Shown piece by piece: positions 24,201-32,658 of a stretch of 64,000 nucleotides of DNA. Location: the NCBI GenBank assembly GCA_002811645.1, contig PDIP01000046.1, positions 32,258 to 96,257 on the forward strand. The letters are read 5' to 3'. Source of the stretch: Corallochytrium limacisporum Hawaii. Lineage: Eukaryota > Protista > Pluriformea. Below the pieces are notes generated by a model that saw only the letters and a list, made by a program, of their open reading frames with translations, had not been told where the DNA came from and did no database searches. Numbering within the stretch: the first letter of the stretch is position 1; each line of letters begins with the position of its first letter. The position numbers and the translations under genes were made by a program.

Positions 24201-27200
24201 GGGAGTCCTGATTCAAAGCCAAGTCAAAGGCCTCAAGCAATTTCTCTATCCAACCAGATTGCTCGCTCTTAGGGTCCAGCTCATTCAAGAAGTCCAAAGT
24301 GTCCAAAAGCTTGGGTAGGACTTCGTTATTGTCGATGAAGTCGTCATCGGCATCTTCAATCACCATCTTCAGCCTGTGGTTCAACTTTGGTGGTGATTGC
24401 TCGTTTTCGAGGTATACAAGCCCGCCCACATCGAATGTCGCAGCTGACGCTATACTCTTTGATGCCAGTGACTTGTTCAACTTCAAAAACCCGGATCTGT
24501 TTGCAAGACTGCCGTCGTTCAGATAAGAAGACGACATATAATCTTCCGTTGCCGTAGGATCTGTCCCGCCCTCTGCGCCCGAGTTGACGCGGGGCCCCAG
24601 AGGCAATGTTATCTCTACAGCCGGCCCGAGAGCGCCTTCCAGGAGTTTCAACACCGCCTTGCCATCTCCTCCTATTAGGAGAGATGCAGGCACCTTTGGT
24701 CTGCTCTGAGTCTTTAAGAGAACTGAACAGAGGGCACGATAGGCACGTTGTTTGTACTTCAGAACCAGAAGATAGACATCCCTTCCTTCTTCATTCATTT
24801 CAGGCAACGGCTTGTCCTTGGAAGGGGTTAGCTCCTTAACTAAAGTTTTGGTTAATTCGGTCCCATCTCGTTGCTGTGTGCCCAGCATGGTGGCTGCAAT
24901 TTCACTATGTCCACCGGCCAGATCTTCCTTCGGAAGACAATCGTATGCCACTTCGAGGAGCGTACACGTTGCTACAGCAATTTGAAGTGAAGGTGAATTT
25001 GTGTTGCTGATCGGTCTCAGGAAGCGGAGCAGTTGATGGCCCGCGCGGACAAAAAATTGGCGTAAAACTTCCACACTTACCAGCTGTGCAGCACTCAACA
25101 GGAGATTGCTAGCATACTGACGCATGATCACCGAAGTCTTGGTTTCCCTGAGTAGACCAAAGAGGGAGTCAAGAAGTTCCCCTTGCTTCTTTGGTGACAT
25201 GAAAGGCACGCCTACTTTTGCTCGTGCTAACATATTGTTGTTCAGGTCCTCATTAGCCGCACGGAAGAAAGAAATGAAGTATGCGTTGAGGTTTTCTTGC
25301 TGGGGAGACACGAGCACAAAGTCTGTAAAGCCCGTGAAAGTCTTGATCAGCAATTGCTGGTCGTGATAACGCCATTCTCGGCTATTTGAAGGGATGTGTT
25401 GGGCTGCAAATCGTCGCATGCAACCAGAGAGTGATTCAATAACATGCTGGGTCCATGCCAGATCATGAATGCGATCGATGCATTCTCCGAGAGCTTTCAG
25501 ACAGGGCAGAAGCTTTACTTTATCACTCAACGGTACCCTGTCACTCGAAGCCTCCATGGCATTGATCAGCACGTCCAGAATCTCATTTCTTCCCTCTGAT
25601 TTAATGATTGTGAGACTCACAGGATTCCACACAATGAAGCAGATTTCGCAGAATAGCTCAAGAAGCTCAGTCACAACGTTAGTTGTGGCATGGTCCTCGG
25701 TGGCATGACTGATAGACTGCATGGTCACATTCGGTTTACTTCCAAGATGACTGAGGAACGAAGCCGCTCCAGGCCCCACAGTCTGTGCAGCATTGGCAAT
25801 GCGAAGCACAACGGTCATGAACTCAGCGACGTGACCTGTGTCATTGGAACTCCATAGACCGTTCATCATTGCGTCTGAGTTGTGCAAGACAAACTTTGCA
25901 ATCGGGCGCCCGTGTCTTTGCATGACACTGTGGCCCCATGTCTGCCAGTTCTGCACAAAGGGTGTGATGATTGTGAGTGCGTGCATGTCAGCTCCAGACA
26001 AACAAATTTCAACCATATCTGTCAGGGATGCACGTTTCAGTGGCGATTGGTCGCTAGCACAGAGAGACCAAAGAGTTCCGAACTCTTCAATTGGTATGAC
26101 CTCATTCGAGTCTTGCGCAGAGTGATCTGCGCTCCGCAGAAAGCGATGACCCTGGATAGCATTGTCAATGGAGCTGATCAAGTGTTTGTCCCATTGCATC
26201 AGAATGTCTAGGAGAGATAGATTGTAAGTCGAGAGAATCTTCATGATGGATTCATGATGGATTTCTTTGAGTCCTCTCTTATTATGTGAGTCCTCCATCC
26301 AGTGCAAAGCTTCCCTGAGCGACTTTTCAATCTGCTTTCGGTCTTCACCGAGGAAATCTCCTGGAAAGTGAAAGGCCATATACACAAGATTTACTCCCAG
26401 ACCGCTGACCAAGTTGTTCAGGTTATGCTCCAGGACCTGAAAATCATCTACACCATGGAGCTGAACGTACATATAAAATGCGAAGAGCGTGTAGCAGTCA
26501 CATTGCATGCTTGGAGGTTCATCCGATGATCCATTCCGAATGAGGCCAGCTGAGTTCATTACATATCTATATGCACTTTGCAGGAATGCATCAACCTCTT
26601 CCTTAATGATCATGTGCAAGTCATCCATCTTTGTCCGTTGGCCTGTGGTCAACCAGAATAAGATATGACCAACACGTGAGAGATCACTCTCCACAATCTT
26701 CAAGATGCTGCGAAGAGCCTCCATGTTTTCATTATTGCTGCGTACCCACGGAAGTACTGCTGGCTCTCTCTTCTCCACCAAAGCTGTAAATTCCTTGATG
26801 ATATGCATAGCCTCGTACCGAACCTGAATGTCTTCGTCTCCAACGTACCCAAAAAGCCATCTGATGCAGTCATTCGCCGTGGCTGGGAACCGTCTCGGTG
26901 CCCTACGTCCCTTCAAATACCTGGAATCGATCAAAGTGTTCCTGTACTTCTTTGCTAGCTTCTTCATGATCTTCAAATTCCGCTCATGTTCACTTCTATA
27001 CTCATGTCTGATTTCGGCACCGCAAGGCAGGCGATATGAAGTGAATACAGCTTCAAGGACCTCAAAGAAATAGCGATTTAGCAGAATAGTGGACCTTGCT
27101 AGAATTCTCAACAGGTATCCCACTGCAATTGAGGCACCCAGGCGACGATAGGCCTGGCTGTGACCCAAATTGAACGTCAAGCGCTGGAATATGCTCAGTT

Positions 27201-30200
27201 CATTGTTCTTTCGTGGAGCCTCGTCAGCATGCTCTCCTTCATTACCAACAACGCTCCAGCGGACGAATTCTGCAATGATTCGGGCACAATATATGCGCTT
27301 TCTTCCATTTGTGCGGTCCGCAAGACCCACGAAAGTGGCGTCCAAGAACGCAGCGAGATCTGGCTCCTCATAGCGCCCTTCGGTGGCCAAGTACCTAACT
27401 TGCTGCATGATGTACGGTCCAAGAATCTGCCGTGCGACCACCTCATGGCTACAAGTGATGCCAATCAGGTCAATTAGATATCTGCGGTACAGCTGTGCCA
27501 TTTTTTCTCGACCACTGCTTGAGTGAGATCGGCGAATGTGGGCCAACACAAACACAGCATGAAGAACCTCGCAGGAAGCGATCCGGGCTTGTCGGCTACC
27601 GGAGTCCTTTGCAGCTCGGACCAAGTGCGGCAGAACATGATTCAGATCCAGATGAAGTTCATAGTCCTCCACGTCGAGAGGTAGTCTGTACGTGATTGGC
27701 TCAGTCAATGTAAACTCTAGCATTGGGATGCGATCAGCGCTAGCTTCCGCAATACCATAAACCAGAGTGCTCCTCGCCCCGGCAATGATTGACATGACGC
27801 GTCTTTGCAACTGGACACGCGGAGAATCGAACCGTGTCGATATGACGGATCCGTCAAAATCTGCCTGTCCCTTCTTGCGGTTAAACACGGCTCGTCCGGG
27901 TAAATTGTCTTTCTGAATCGTTCCCTCATGCCTAGTATCTGCTCTAGAGTCCAGAAACTTGCCAAAGACTGGTGCAAGATGCTCCAACTCCTTTTCATAA
28001 ACATCGGGAGGTAAAAAGTTCCTCCACTTTGCCAGTGCGTCAAGTGCTTCAAACCCAAAGCTGGGATCGTTAAGCCCATGATCAAGAGAAATACCTGCCG
28101 CGTAAAAAATTTGTCCGACGACGCCGTAAGCTGCTTTTTGGGGAATAGCAAGAAGCATGCGCATACAGTTGCGCATAAGCACGCCCTCATACAAGTTCAA
28201 ATGCTGTAGAGCAATACTGATGCTGTCAACGACTAAGGACAGATTCTCCTTCTTTTCAATCTCTGTTTTGGAGCACTCATTCGTAGCTGCCCTCAAGAAG
28301 ATTTTCTCCAGCATATCGTAATATCCAGCAATGTGGGGCGTCTTCTGCATCATATTGATGCAGTGCTTGAGAATGTATGGCAACCATGAACGAAAGAGCT
28401 CGTCGTCAGAGTCCTTGATCATCGCGTTCGTGACCCAGACCACGTTCTCAAAGACTGCAAAGTCGAGCGGGTTTTGCGGTCTCACTTCAAGCTCAAAGTC
28501 TAAAAAGTCCGAGGCCAGCACACGCACGGTGGCTGAGTCTTCGTCAGGCTCTTCATCATCTTTGGGTGGCGACACCCAGGTTTGTTGTTCTTCTCCATTC
28601 GGTGCTGCCTCTACATGGGCCTTCGGCTTCTCTTCGTGTTCTTCGTCCTTTCCGTGTTCATTCTTGATATCCAAAGTGAGATCTAAGTGCTCTAGAATCT
28701 CCATCAGATTCTCCATAAAGAATCCGAAGATACATGATGCAGTCTCTGGATGACTTTTCGATCTGACAACACGGTCCACGAAGTCCCTGTATACAATCTG
28801 TGAGGATGTCAGTCCACTGAGCGCGGCATCTGCCTGTGTTTGGTACCTCAAGTCTGCAATGTCTAGGGAAGCATTATCATTGTGATCACGGCAGACAATG
28901 TGGTAGACTGCTTGATAAGCAAGACTTCGAGCGTATGGCGCCAGATTCTGCCGAGGATGATTCAACATAGCATCAAACAATTCCTTGGCTGCAGCAGTGA
29001 CCTGAGATCGCACAACTTGCTGCATTGATGTCAGATGGCTAATTGTGAGTAAAGTGAACTCATTCAAGAATTGCAGACGTGAATGATCAACGGGCTCAAG
29101 TTCTTGGAACATTTTTGTCAGCGTCATTAGGAAAACGGGAGCTTCATCGAGGATCTCACTGTCTTGCAAGCGTCTCGACATGAACAACTTATTACAGTTT
29201 TCTTGAACGGCATCGTACAAATGCTTGAGGCTTCGCTGACCGGCGTGATGATGATAGGCTTTTGCAAAGTACCCAAACCCTTCGACCGCTATGATGCGCA
29301 ATTGTTGGCTGAACGACTTCTCTGTTGTTTTCAAGAACATGGTCTTGAAATTTTGCAAGAAATACTCCACCATCTTGTTATAATCCTCATCAGTCATTGA
29401 ATCAGGCCTTTCCTCTTGAGATAGAGTTTTCAGAAGCTCTGCCACGGCATGCATAGTGATAATTTTCACTTCACGATTTACGGATGTCAACCACTGATGA
29501 AAGCAAGAAAACAAGGGATCATATTGCCCACAGAGGATGTCATGGAAAATGCTCACATGATGAGAGATGAATGTCAGAACCGCTTTTGGTAGATGATACC
29601 TGGTATATACTCCAGGATCATGCTGCAAAACCCGCAGACATACGGAAAAGATGGCGTCCTTCTCCTTTGGCCGCTGTTGTAGTACATGTGGAAAGCTAAA
29701 GCAGTAGTTTGTGAGTCCCTTGAACGATCCCGTGCATTCCTGCGATTCTTCACCCTTGATAATGTTCTTACCCTGCAGACCTTGAACTAAAATCGTGAGC
29801 AACCGATGTTCATTACCATCAGCCTGCTGTTGTACGAATTGCGGGGCGTACCTTGCGAAGATACCGAGCAGCTCTAGGATTGTGGCCCGGACACTTCCCT
29901 TAACTTTGCTGTCATAATAGGCTTCATACTGCTGAGCATACAACTTGTCGAGGGATACCTCAGCCCCGAACTTGGAAAATTGACGCTGGTTGGTCAGAAA
30001 CCACTCAATGCACTCTATGCACGCTACCCGTATAGTCGCTTGCTGCGACTTGTGGAACAATGTAAACACTGTGGTCTCAATCTCATACAGGTACACGCTT
30101 ATTGTTCTTGGTCCCAGTGTCTGCATACAATGTAGAAGTGTGGTGAGGCCTTGACGCACGTTCATTATCCGTCCTTCACTGGCATTGCTGGAAGCAGCTT

Positions 30201-30411
30201 CGATGTATGTCAGAAGTCCCGTACTTGCATCGAACAGGGCTGTCGACAATGCATCTCCGTACGCTGAGCTAGCCGCTTGCTGCACGGCCTCATAGACAGT
30301 GTCCAGAAGGAGTTCAATTTCGTGGGCCGATTGGGGCAACAGTGAGCTGGTACCATTGTTAAGGTCTACAAGGGCTACTTGCAACTCCTGCACACTCTTC
30401 TCTAGTGCCAT
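18256..30411 (-). CDS. PRKDC: DNA-dependent protein kinase catalytic subunit (PIKK family), single exon
   Basis: ~4050-aa uninterrupted ORF; kinase motifs LLKAGEDMRIDERILQL, HYLLGIGDRHLGN, GIDFGHAF and PELMPFRFT; DNA-PKcs-type FATC end LGRTWPGWEPWV; first ATG at 30411. Confidence 0.93.
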   Translation of the reverse strand: MALEKSVQELQVALVDLNNGTSSLLPQSAHEIELLLDTVYEAVQQAASSAYGDALSTALFDASTGLLTYIEAASSNASEGRIMNVRQGLTTLLHCMQTLGPRTISVYLYEIETTVFTLFHKSQQATIRVACIECIEWFLTNQRQFSKFGAEVSLDKLYAQQYEAYYDSKVKGSVRATILELLGIFARYAPQFVQQQADGNEHRLLTILVQGLQGKNIIKGEESQECTGSFKGLTNYCFSFPHVLQQRPKEKDAIFSVCLRVLQHDPGVYTRYHLPKAVLTFISHHVSIFHDILCGQYDPLFSCFHQWLTSVNREVKIITMHAVAELLKTLSQEERPDSMTDEDYNKMVEYFLQNFKTMFLKTTEKSFSQQLRIIAVEGFGYFAKAYHHHAGQRSLKHLYDAVQENCNKLFMSRRLQDSEILDEAPVFLMTLTKMFQELEPVDHSRLQFLNEFTLLTISHLTSMQQVVRSQVTAAAKELFDAMLNHPRQNLAPYARSLAYQAVYHIVCRDHNDNASLDIADLRYQTQADAALSGLTSSQIVYRDFVDRVVRSKSHPETASCIFGFFMENLMEILEHLDLTLDIKNEHGKDEEHEEKPKAHVEAAPNGEEQQTWVSPPKDDEEPDEDSATVRVLASDFLDFELEVRPQNPLDFAVFENVVWVTNAMIKDSDDELFRSWLPYILKHCINMMQKTPHIAGYYDMLEKIFLRAATNECSKTEIEKKENLSLVVDSISIALQHLNLYEGVLMRNCMRMLLAIPQKAAYGVVGQIFYAAGISLDHGLNDPSFGFEALDALAKWRNFLPPDVYEKELEHLAPVFGKFLDSRADTRHEGTIQKDNLPGRAVFNRKKGQADFDGSVISTRFDSPRVQLQRRVMSIIAGARSTLVYGIAEASADRIPMLEFTLTEPITYRLPLDVEDYELHLDLNHVLPHLVRAAKDSGSRQARIASCEVLHAVFVLAHIRRSHSSSGREKMAQLYRRYLIDLIGITCSHEVVARQILGPYIMQQVRYLATEGRYEEPDLAAFLDATFVGLADRTNGRKRIYCARIIAEFVRWSVVGNEGEHADEAPRKNNELSIFQRLTFNLGHSQAYRRLGASIAVGYLLRILARSTILLNRYFFEVLEAVFTSYRLPCGAEIRHEYRSEHERNLKIMKKLAKKYRNTLIDSRYLKGRRAPRRFPATANDCIRWLFGYVGDEDIQVRYEAMHIIKEFTALVEKREPAVLPWVRSNNENMEALRSILKIVESDLSRVGHILFWLTTGQRTKMDDLHMIIKEEVDAFLQSAYRYVMNSAGLIRNGSSDEPPSMQCDCYTLFAFYMYVQLHGVDDFQVLEHNLNNLVSGLGVNLVYMAFHFPGDFLGEDRKQIEKSLREALHWMEDSHNKRGLKEIHHESIMKILSTYNLSLLDILMQWDKHLISSIDNAIQGHRFLRSADHSAQDSNEVIPIEEFGTLWSLCASDQSPLKRASLTDMVEICLSGADMHALTIITPFVQNWQTWGHSVMQRHGRPIAKFVLHNSDAMMNGLWSSNDTGHVAEFMTVVLRIANAAQTVGPGAASFLSHLGSKPNVTMQSISHATEDHATTNVVTELLELFCEICFIVWNPVSLTIIKSEGRNEILDVLINAMEASSDRVPLSDKVKLLPCLKALGECIDRIHDLAWTQHVIESLSGCMRRFAAQHIPSNSREWRYHDQQLLIKTFTGFTDFVLVSPQQENLNAYFISFFRAANEDLNNNMLARAKVGVPFMSPKKQGELLDSLFGLLRETKTSVIMRQYASNLLLSAAQLVSVEVLRQFFVRAGHQLLRFLRPISNTNSPSLQIAVATCTLLEVAYDCLPKEDLAGGHSEIAATMLGTQQRDGTELTKTLVKELTPSKDKPLPEMNEEGRDVYLLVLKYKQRAYRALCSVLLKTQSRPKVPASLLIGGDGKAVLKLLEGALGPAVEITLPLGPRVNSGAEGGTDPTATEDYMSSSYLNDGSLANRSGFLKLNKSLASKSIASAATFDVGGLVYLENEQSPPKLNHRLKMVIEDADDDFIDNNEVLPKLLDTLDFLNELDPKSEQSGWIEKLLEAFDLALNQDSPAMFYIAKLVRHRSSYFRSHSSQWGERISQFLLRSKLLPLSLSLLAMDLLLILLDWGYVPEDHVAQDVVRYYSRNFFINNQRLLSQRLETLRAVMERWGGRVRVTWADVKDNFKPDKPQTKLENVAALNVLDCFFTNQCFHVVSLEEILSSLMKTFDELLASSKVVYKAAAEACGAFLRMLDDTDRWGIALELITRFTASWQTGRPTPRYIQDPDRFVEIVHLMSKRIPKMVTHNLFVLVDESYSKIASSGGREKAVLIFSNCFDREPVLETVRLKGLLKVLEIKNDGMQHALLVFFKRAAQPPVDNEDMMDDEDSARVSPLGAWPSLPELLKIMRTTFPKHPSQRCRQLHYQILQTLYDTCLGIKAVIWQDLLQSFRDDDTDVRFDAYEWFHRQLPKTLPHRLQTSMSTFYLPSMSDTYIASVINEALAVCQHSSKYAKAIADGIMDSHSEHGRAMRSLHDVHNGTLLNSFAPFGMSQQFSQQNTLKMVPLLPNTPSLNTATGSFGIFGSMTNVSLGNIGGASNSNQREDVLSRSLGSDRLRSIYSNTFSHKNDMNLDGEGDLVKTSKRDHDSRLHSRLAIRRRNQRILLRLAMKRGEHNRITVFGDYSAGNFPDESIPHRNMIAPLQSLCQQDPVIAQILFVEICKAVLKAGENDGSVLNGRALELARTIKDVLSTVHSTDQIVPGPMAQLAADYPKFIRGDLQFSHANNAGSRASCILALEESLLQQSPTDKPEPKRRKKEESLSHVADKYVQLAAFYQHVDEVDVVQSLFHVQDATTHQATKDAIGFENRNHLCKAHNKWVEALNKAESDTTFLTAEIDYIEDKVLSGMKDLGEWFQLTKYLANQADPEKHIFDRPELLPDFTYVGAMYRLMGGKNTRVLESVQKILEAYQRSDQWHYTESEIAEQLMLLDLSKLNFSMAQVHAQTHQLRIQQTWTSLHPHMMMQRAHLLMDLQLSEDVTSMITQAFRLSSGRQVPPDFFDFLANARDQNFPLQHQLRRFTVLKGILSRVAATQEDGLSEEDLEVLGARHLFILQSLQRAFPMVDQHALGLSLMRNAAQESDVHKVTLILKQNQDLLLSQPQSRMRVGLMFIQTLVSAVSVDAAVVDDLKLSYRRLLEAVSYPSLGELDHADDLFSALKILNTLAINPEVAALKIFANQTFPDVNLTSPGWSDHVKSEWHRCMQLCESGEDRMDGVDGGVETSLFDVHMEYALFWYKLSRTKGRSDELKDADIGPVVISHILKSIALFSDGEWGGVSRHGRGQCVQSVAPYEFIPLLLKTCMKSSKSRKIFADEWRQVPAYRFLDWIPQLIVLLGNPLMRDIVSQVVKVLAVQYPQAVFFPFKATWSQGEGGNREPHRDEHLVEIEEKLDIYPILRQFHHALLRSSGPRHRFRIWLDHVQEALLNFRKNCGVTGEARWSARVPFDLLRGLLWELEESLTVDKTASVSPQETKFWEDTIEKIWQQVNTALPSSTIEGGMEFRSAVRALGALRDWSARLEDPVSLRQLSGFFNYDGSDPFAAKIDIPGQYHSSGVPDPRSIVTVHRFDTRLRFMPSLMRPFKFGIVGSDEREYNFLLKAGEDMRIDERILQLLRIMDSRLKDSQLCRERGLTLKTYAVHPLSSQIGLIEFIDKVQELKPFILSDCTEEEHKVATRELPQRAHTAFMGHRKNNKHVLFNYVERTDEDVRSLQENLTKRMPRNLLRRALRRGVTCPEAYVMTASVMSRSYATMCIAHYLLGIGDRHLGNTMVSKIDGRMIGIDFGHAFDSAIVNLGVPELMPFRFTDQIEHMNAPLTREAYLVPAMCHTLEVFRRDPTVVLSIMDLYASDPLFKNTGRHRKRVAQDLSLSETSTDNGQQQNGGLVRANDVLNDTEPRVHDTTVIFEETISEDVRMRFDAPRLKMQGYHPMRMARMLVKQNVHAAEHFDHVRRPLDELLTQMKREGKSENFLGPVKQLDCLITLATDSGILGRTWPGWEPWV

Positions 30412-31040
30412 ACTGTCGGGGTTGAGATCTTGATCATCTCTGTCCAAGGTCTTTCTTCCCACCGGAGGGAGTCTGTTTCCGCCTACAAGTTTCGATTCGG
30501 GAGCGTACGCGCATCTACAAACTTGTCAGAGTTGCTGATATAGTGGTACACCGTCCTGAATCTCTTTGCGGACAAGAATACGAAGAAGTTGTCAATTCTG
30601 TTTCTATGGTCGTAAATTCGACCCGGCACTGATCGAACCAACCCCAATGTCATATAGCTCATCGCCACATACCTCTTCATTATCAATAAATGGTTGCACA
30701 TCAACATCATAGACAGTCCCTCTAAGCCACCCCTAAGGATGTGACCATCTCAATGTACATCAGCTTCACAAGAAGAGTCCGAACGGAATCTGCTCAGCAC
30801 AAACAGCAGATAAAACCCCCCCTTCCCCCGGGGGGGGGTCCGGGTCACCCTGCGGTCATTCCTCATCCAACGACGAGTGTTCAGTGGAGATGACCGCGAT
30901 CCATCCCTCTTTGCTGGGGCAAGCCACTGACTGGCCTGTCAGTTTGTTGACTCGGCCGGCAGGGTTAGATTTCGTACATTTACGAGCCATTCCTACAAAC
31001 TTCTGCCGCACTCTCCCCCCTTTCGGAGCCCCCCTCCCCC

Positions 31041-31267
31041 NNNNNNNNNNNNNNNNNNNNNNNNNNNNNNNNNNNNNNNNNNNNNNNNNNNNNNNNNNNN
31101 NNNNNNNNNNNNNNNNNNNNNNNNNNNNNNNNNNNNNNNNNNNNNNNNNNNNNNNNNNNNNNNNNNNNNNNNNNNNNNNNNNNNNNNNNNNNNNNNNNNN
31201 NNNNNNNNNNNNNNNNNNNNNNNNNNNNNNNNNNNNNNNNNNNNNNNNNNNNNNNNNNNNNNNNNNN
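31041..31267. other. Assembly gap (other gaps: 44634-44841, 49415-49698, 57431-57954, 59598-59956, 62735-62811)
   Basis: Runs of N, mostly flanked by C or G homopolymers. Confidence 0.99.
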
Positions 31268-32181
31268 GGGGGGGGGGGGGGAGGGGGAGGATTTGGGGAG
31301 GATTTTTCTGTGGGGAGACCGGGGATGGATTTTAGCCTCGACACCCCGCTCGCCACTCGGAGATTTAGTTTTATCCTTTGGTGAACGCCTCGAACTCTCG
31401 GCCTTCCCTTCGTGACGGGCGGGGGTCGCGCTCATCGGCACGGAGTCATCCCAGAAGGGGTATCTCAAGACCCTGTTCCAACATGAAAGTGGTTGGTTTG
31501 ATCCCTTTAGAGTTTACACGCCTTTCGCTAGAGCGGCCCATTTCAGAAACGATACCCCGATGGGACCGTGTAGAAATTTTTCAATGGCGTAAAAAGGAAG
31601 AAGGGATTCGCTAACACCAGGAGATCCAACGCGGTCGATTACTGGGGTTTGATAGTAGACCCTCCGATATTTCTCGCTCCTTCTCTCGATATCTCTGATC
31701 ATTCTGCCCATCGTGACGGCATCCACCTGTCTCATTTATCGCTTCACACTGACGTTTCGTACGCTCAAAATACATATCTCTCCTGCACGCCAACCGCATT
31801 TGTACTCAACTGGAGGGGTGGGGAGCCCCGGGGTGTCGCGTGGTGTCCCTTTCAACCCCCTCCCCCCTCGGGGCCTTCTTTTCATGAGTGTTCGGTACTA
31901 CTTTCGCACTTTTGGATCATTTCAACGCGTCTTTGTCATGATGCTCTCTTTTTGTAACTGCATTTCTGTATCTCATGTGCGCGCATCTTGTCATATCTCA
32001 CTTCTTAGGTCACAATAAATGTAAATAAAGAACTCCACTGTTCAATATGTGGAGTGTCCTAAGTATCACAGATACAAAGATTGGCGCATTCGCAGGACAA
32101 TGCCCCAAGTCCATTGAGAATATTGAGATTTAGTGCGTCGATAAGGTTGACTCAGGGTAAATAGAGAAGTAAGGGGATAAG

Positions 32182-32568
32182 ATGTTGGTACAGATTACCA
32201 AGAACCTGCAAGAGACCTCAGTCAGGGCCGTGTCGAGAGCGTTCAGCACAAGTGCTGTCGTTTGTGCTGGAGGCAAGTACCGCGAGTCAAAGGGCATCTC
32301 ACGCAGCAACACAGAGTATGGCCCGCTGGTCGACACCCCAGACTTTTCTTTCTTTACTAGGAATAATGAAACTGGTAAAATTGATTTTATACAGGCACCC
32401 TTGACGAAACGACAACAGCGCAGGGAGTTGGAACGCGAATTGCAGGCAGTGCGGGCACACCTTCTAGTGCAGCGTGTAGATCGGGCAAAGTCTGACAAGA
32501 TCAAGGAACCATTGAAGAACCCTCTACAACCGCACAAGGGTAGTCACCGTTTGCGTAGATACTTCTAG
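32182..32568 (+). CDS. MRPL52: Mitochondrial ribosomal protein mL52
   Basis: Presequence-like N-terminus (RAFSTSAVVC) followed by AGGKYRESKGISRSNTEYGPLVDTPDFSF, matching the mL52 signature (AG..WR...G......YGPLTDLPDWS), then a helical RQQRRE segment. Confidence 0.8.
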   Translation: MLVQITKNLQETSVRAVSRAFSTSAVVCAGGKYRESKGISRSNTEYGPLVDTPDFSFFTRNNETGKIDFIQAPLTKRQQRRELERELQAVRAHLLVQRVDRAKSDKIKEPLKNPLQPHKGSHRLRRYF

Positions 32569-32658
32569 TGTGTTAGATATAAATCGGACAAATCAAAATT
32601 CATAAATGTATTAATAGTCGTAAAACGCCAGAGCAGTTCCACAGCAGTGTTTGAGGAA

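Noticed and set aside
30412-30462. GTG/TTG-initiated N-terminal extensions in the ORF track (DNA-PKcs, ITPA, MGAT4, HINT, 40870 ORF)
   Set aside because: Eukaryotic context; the first in-frame ATG is preferred
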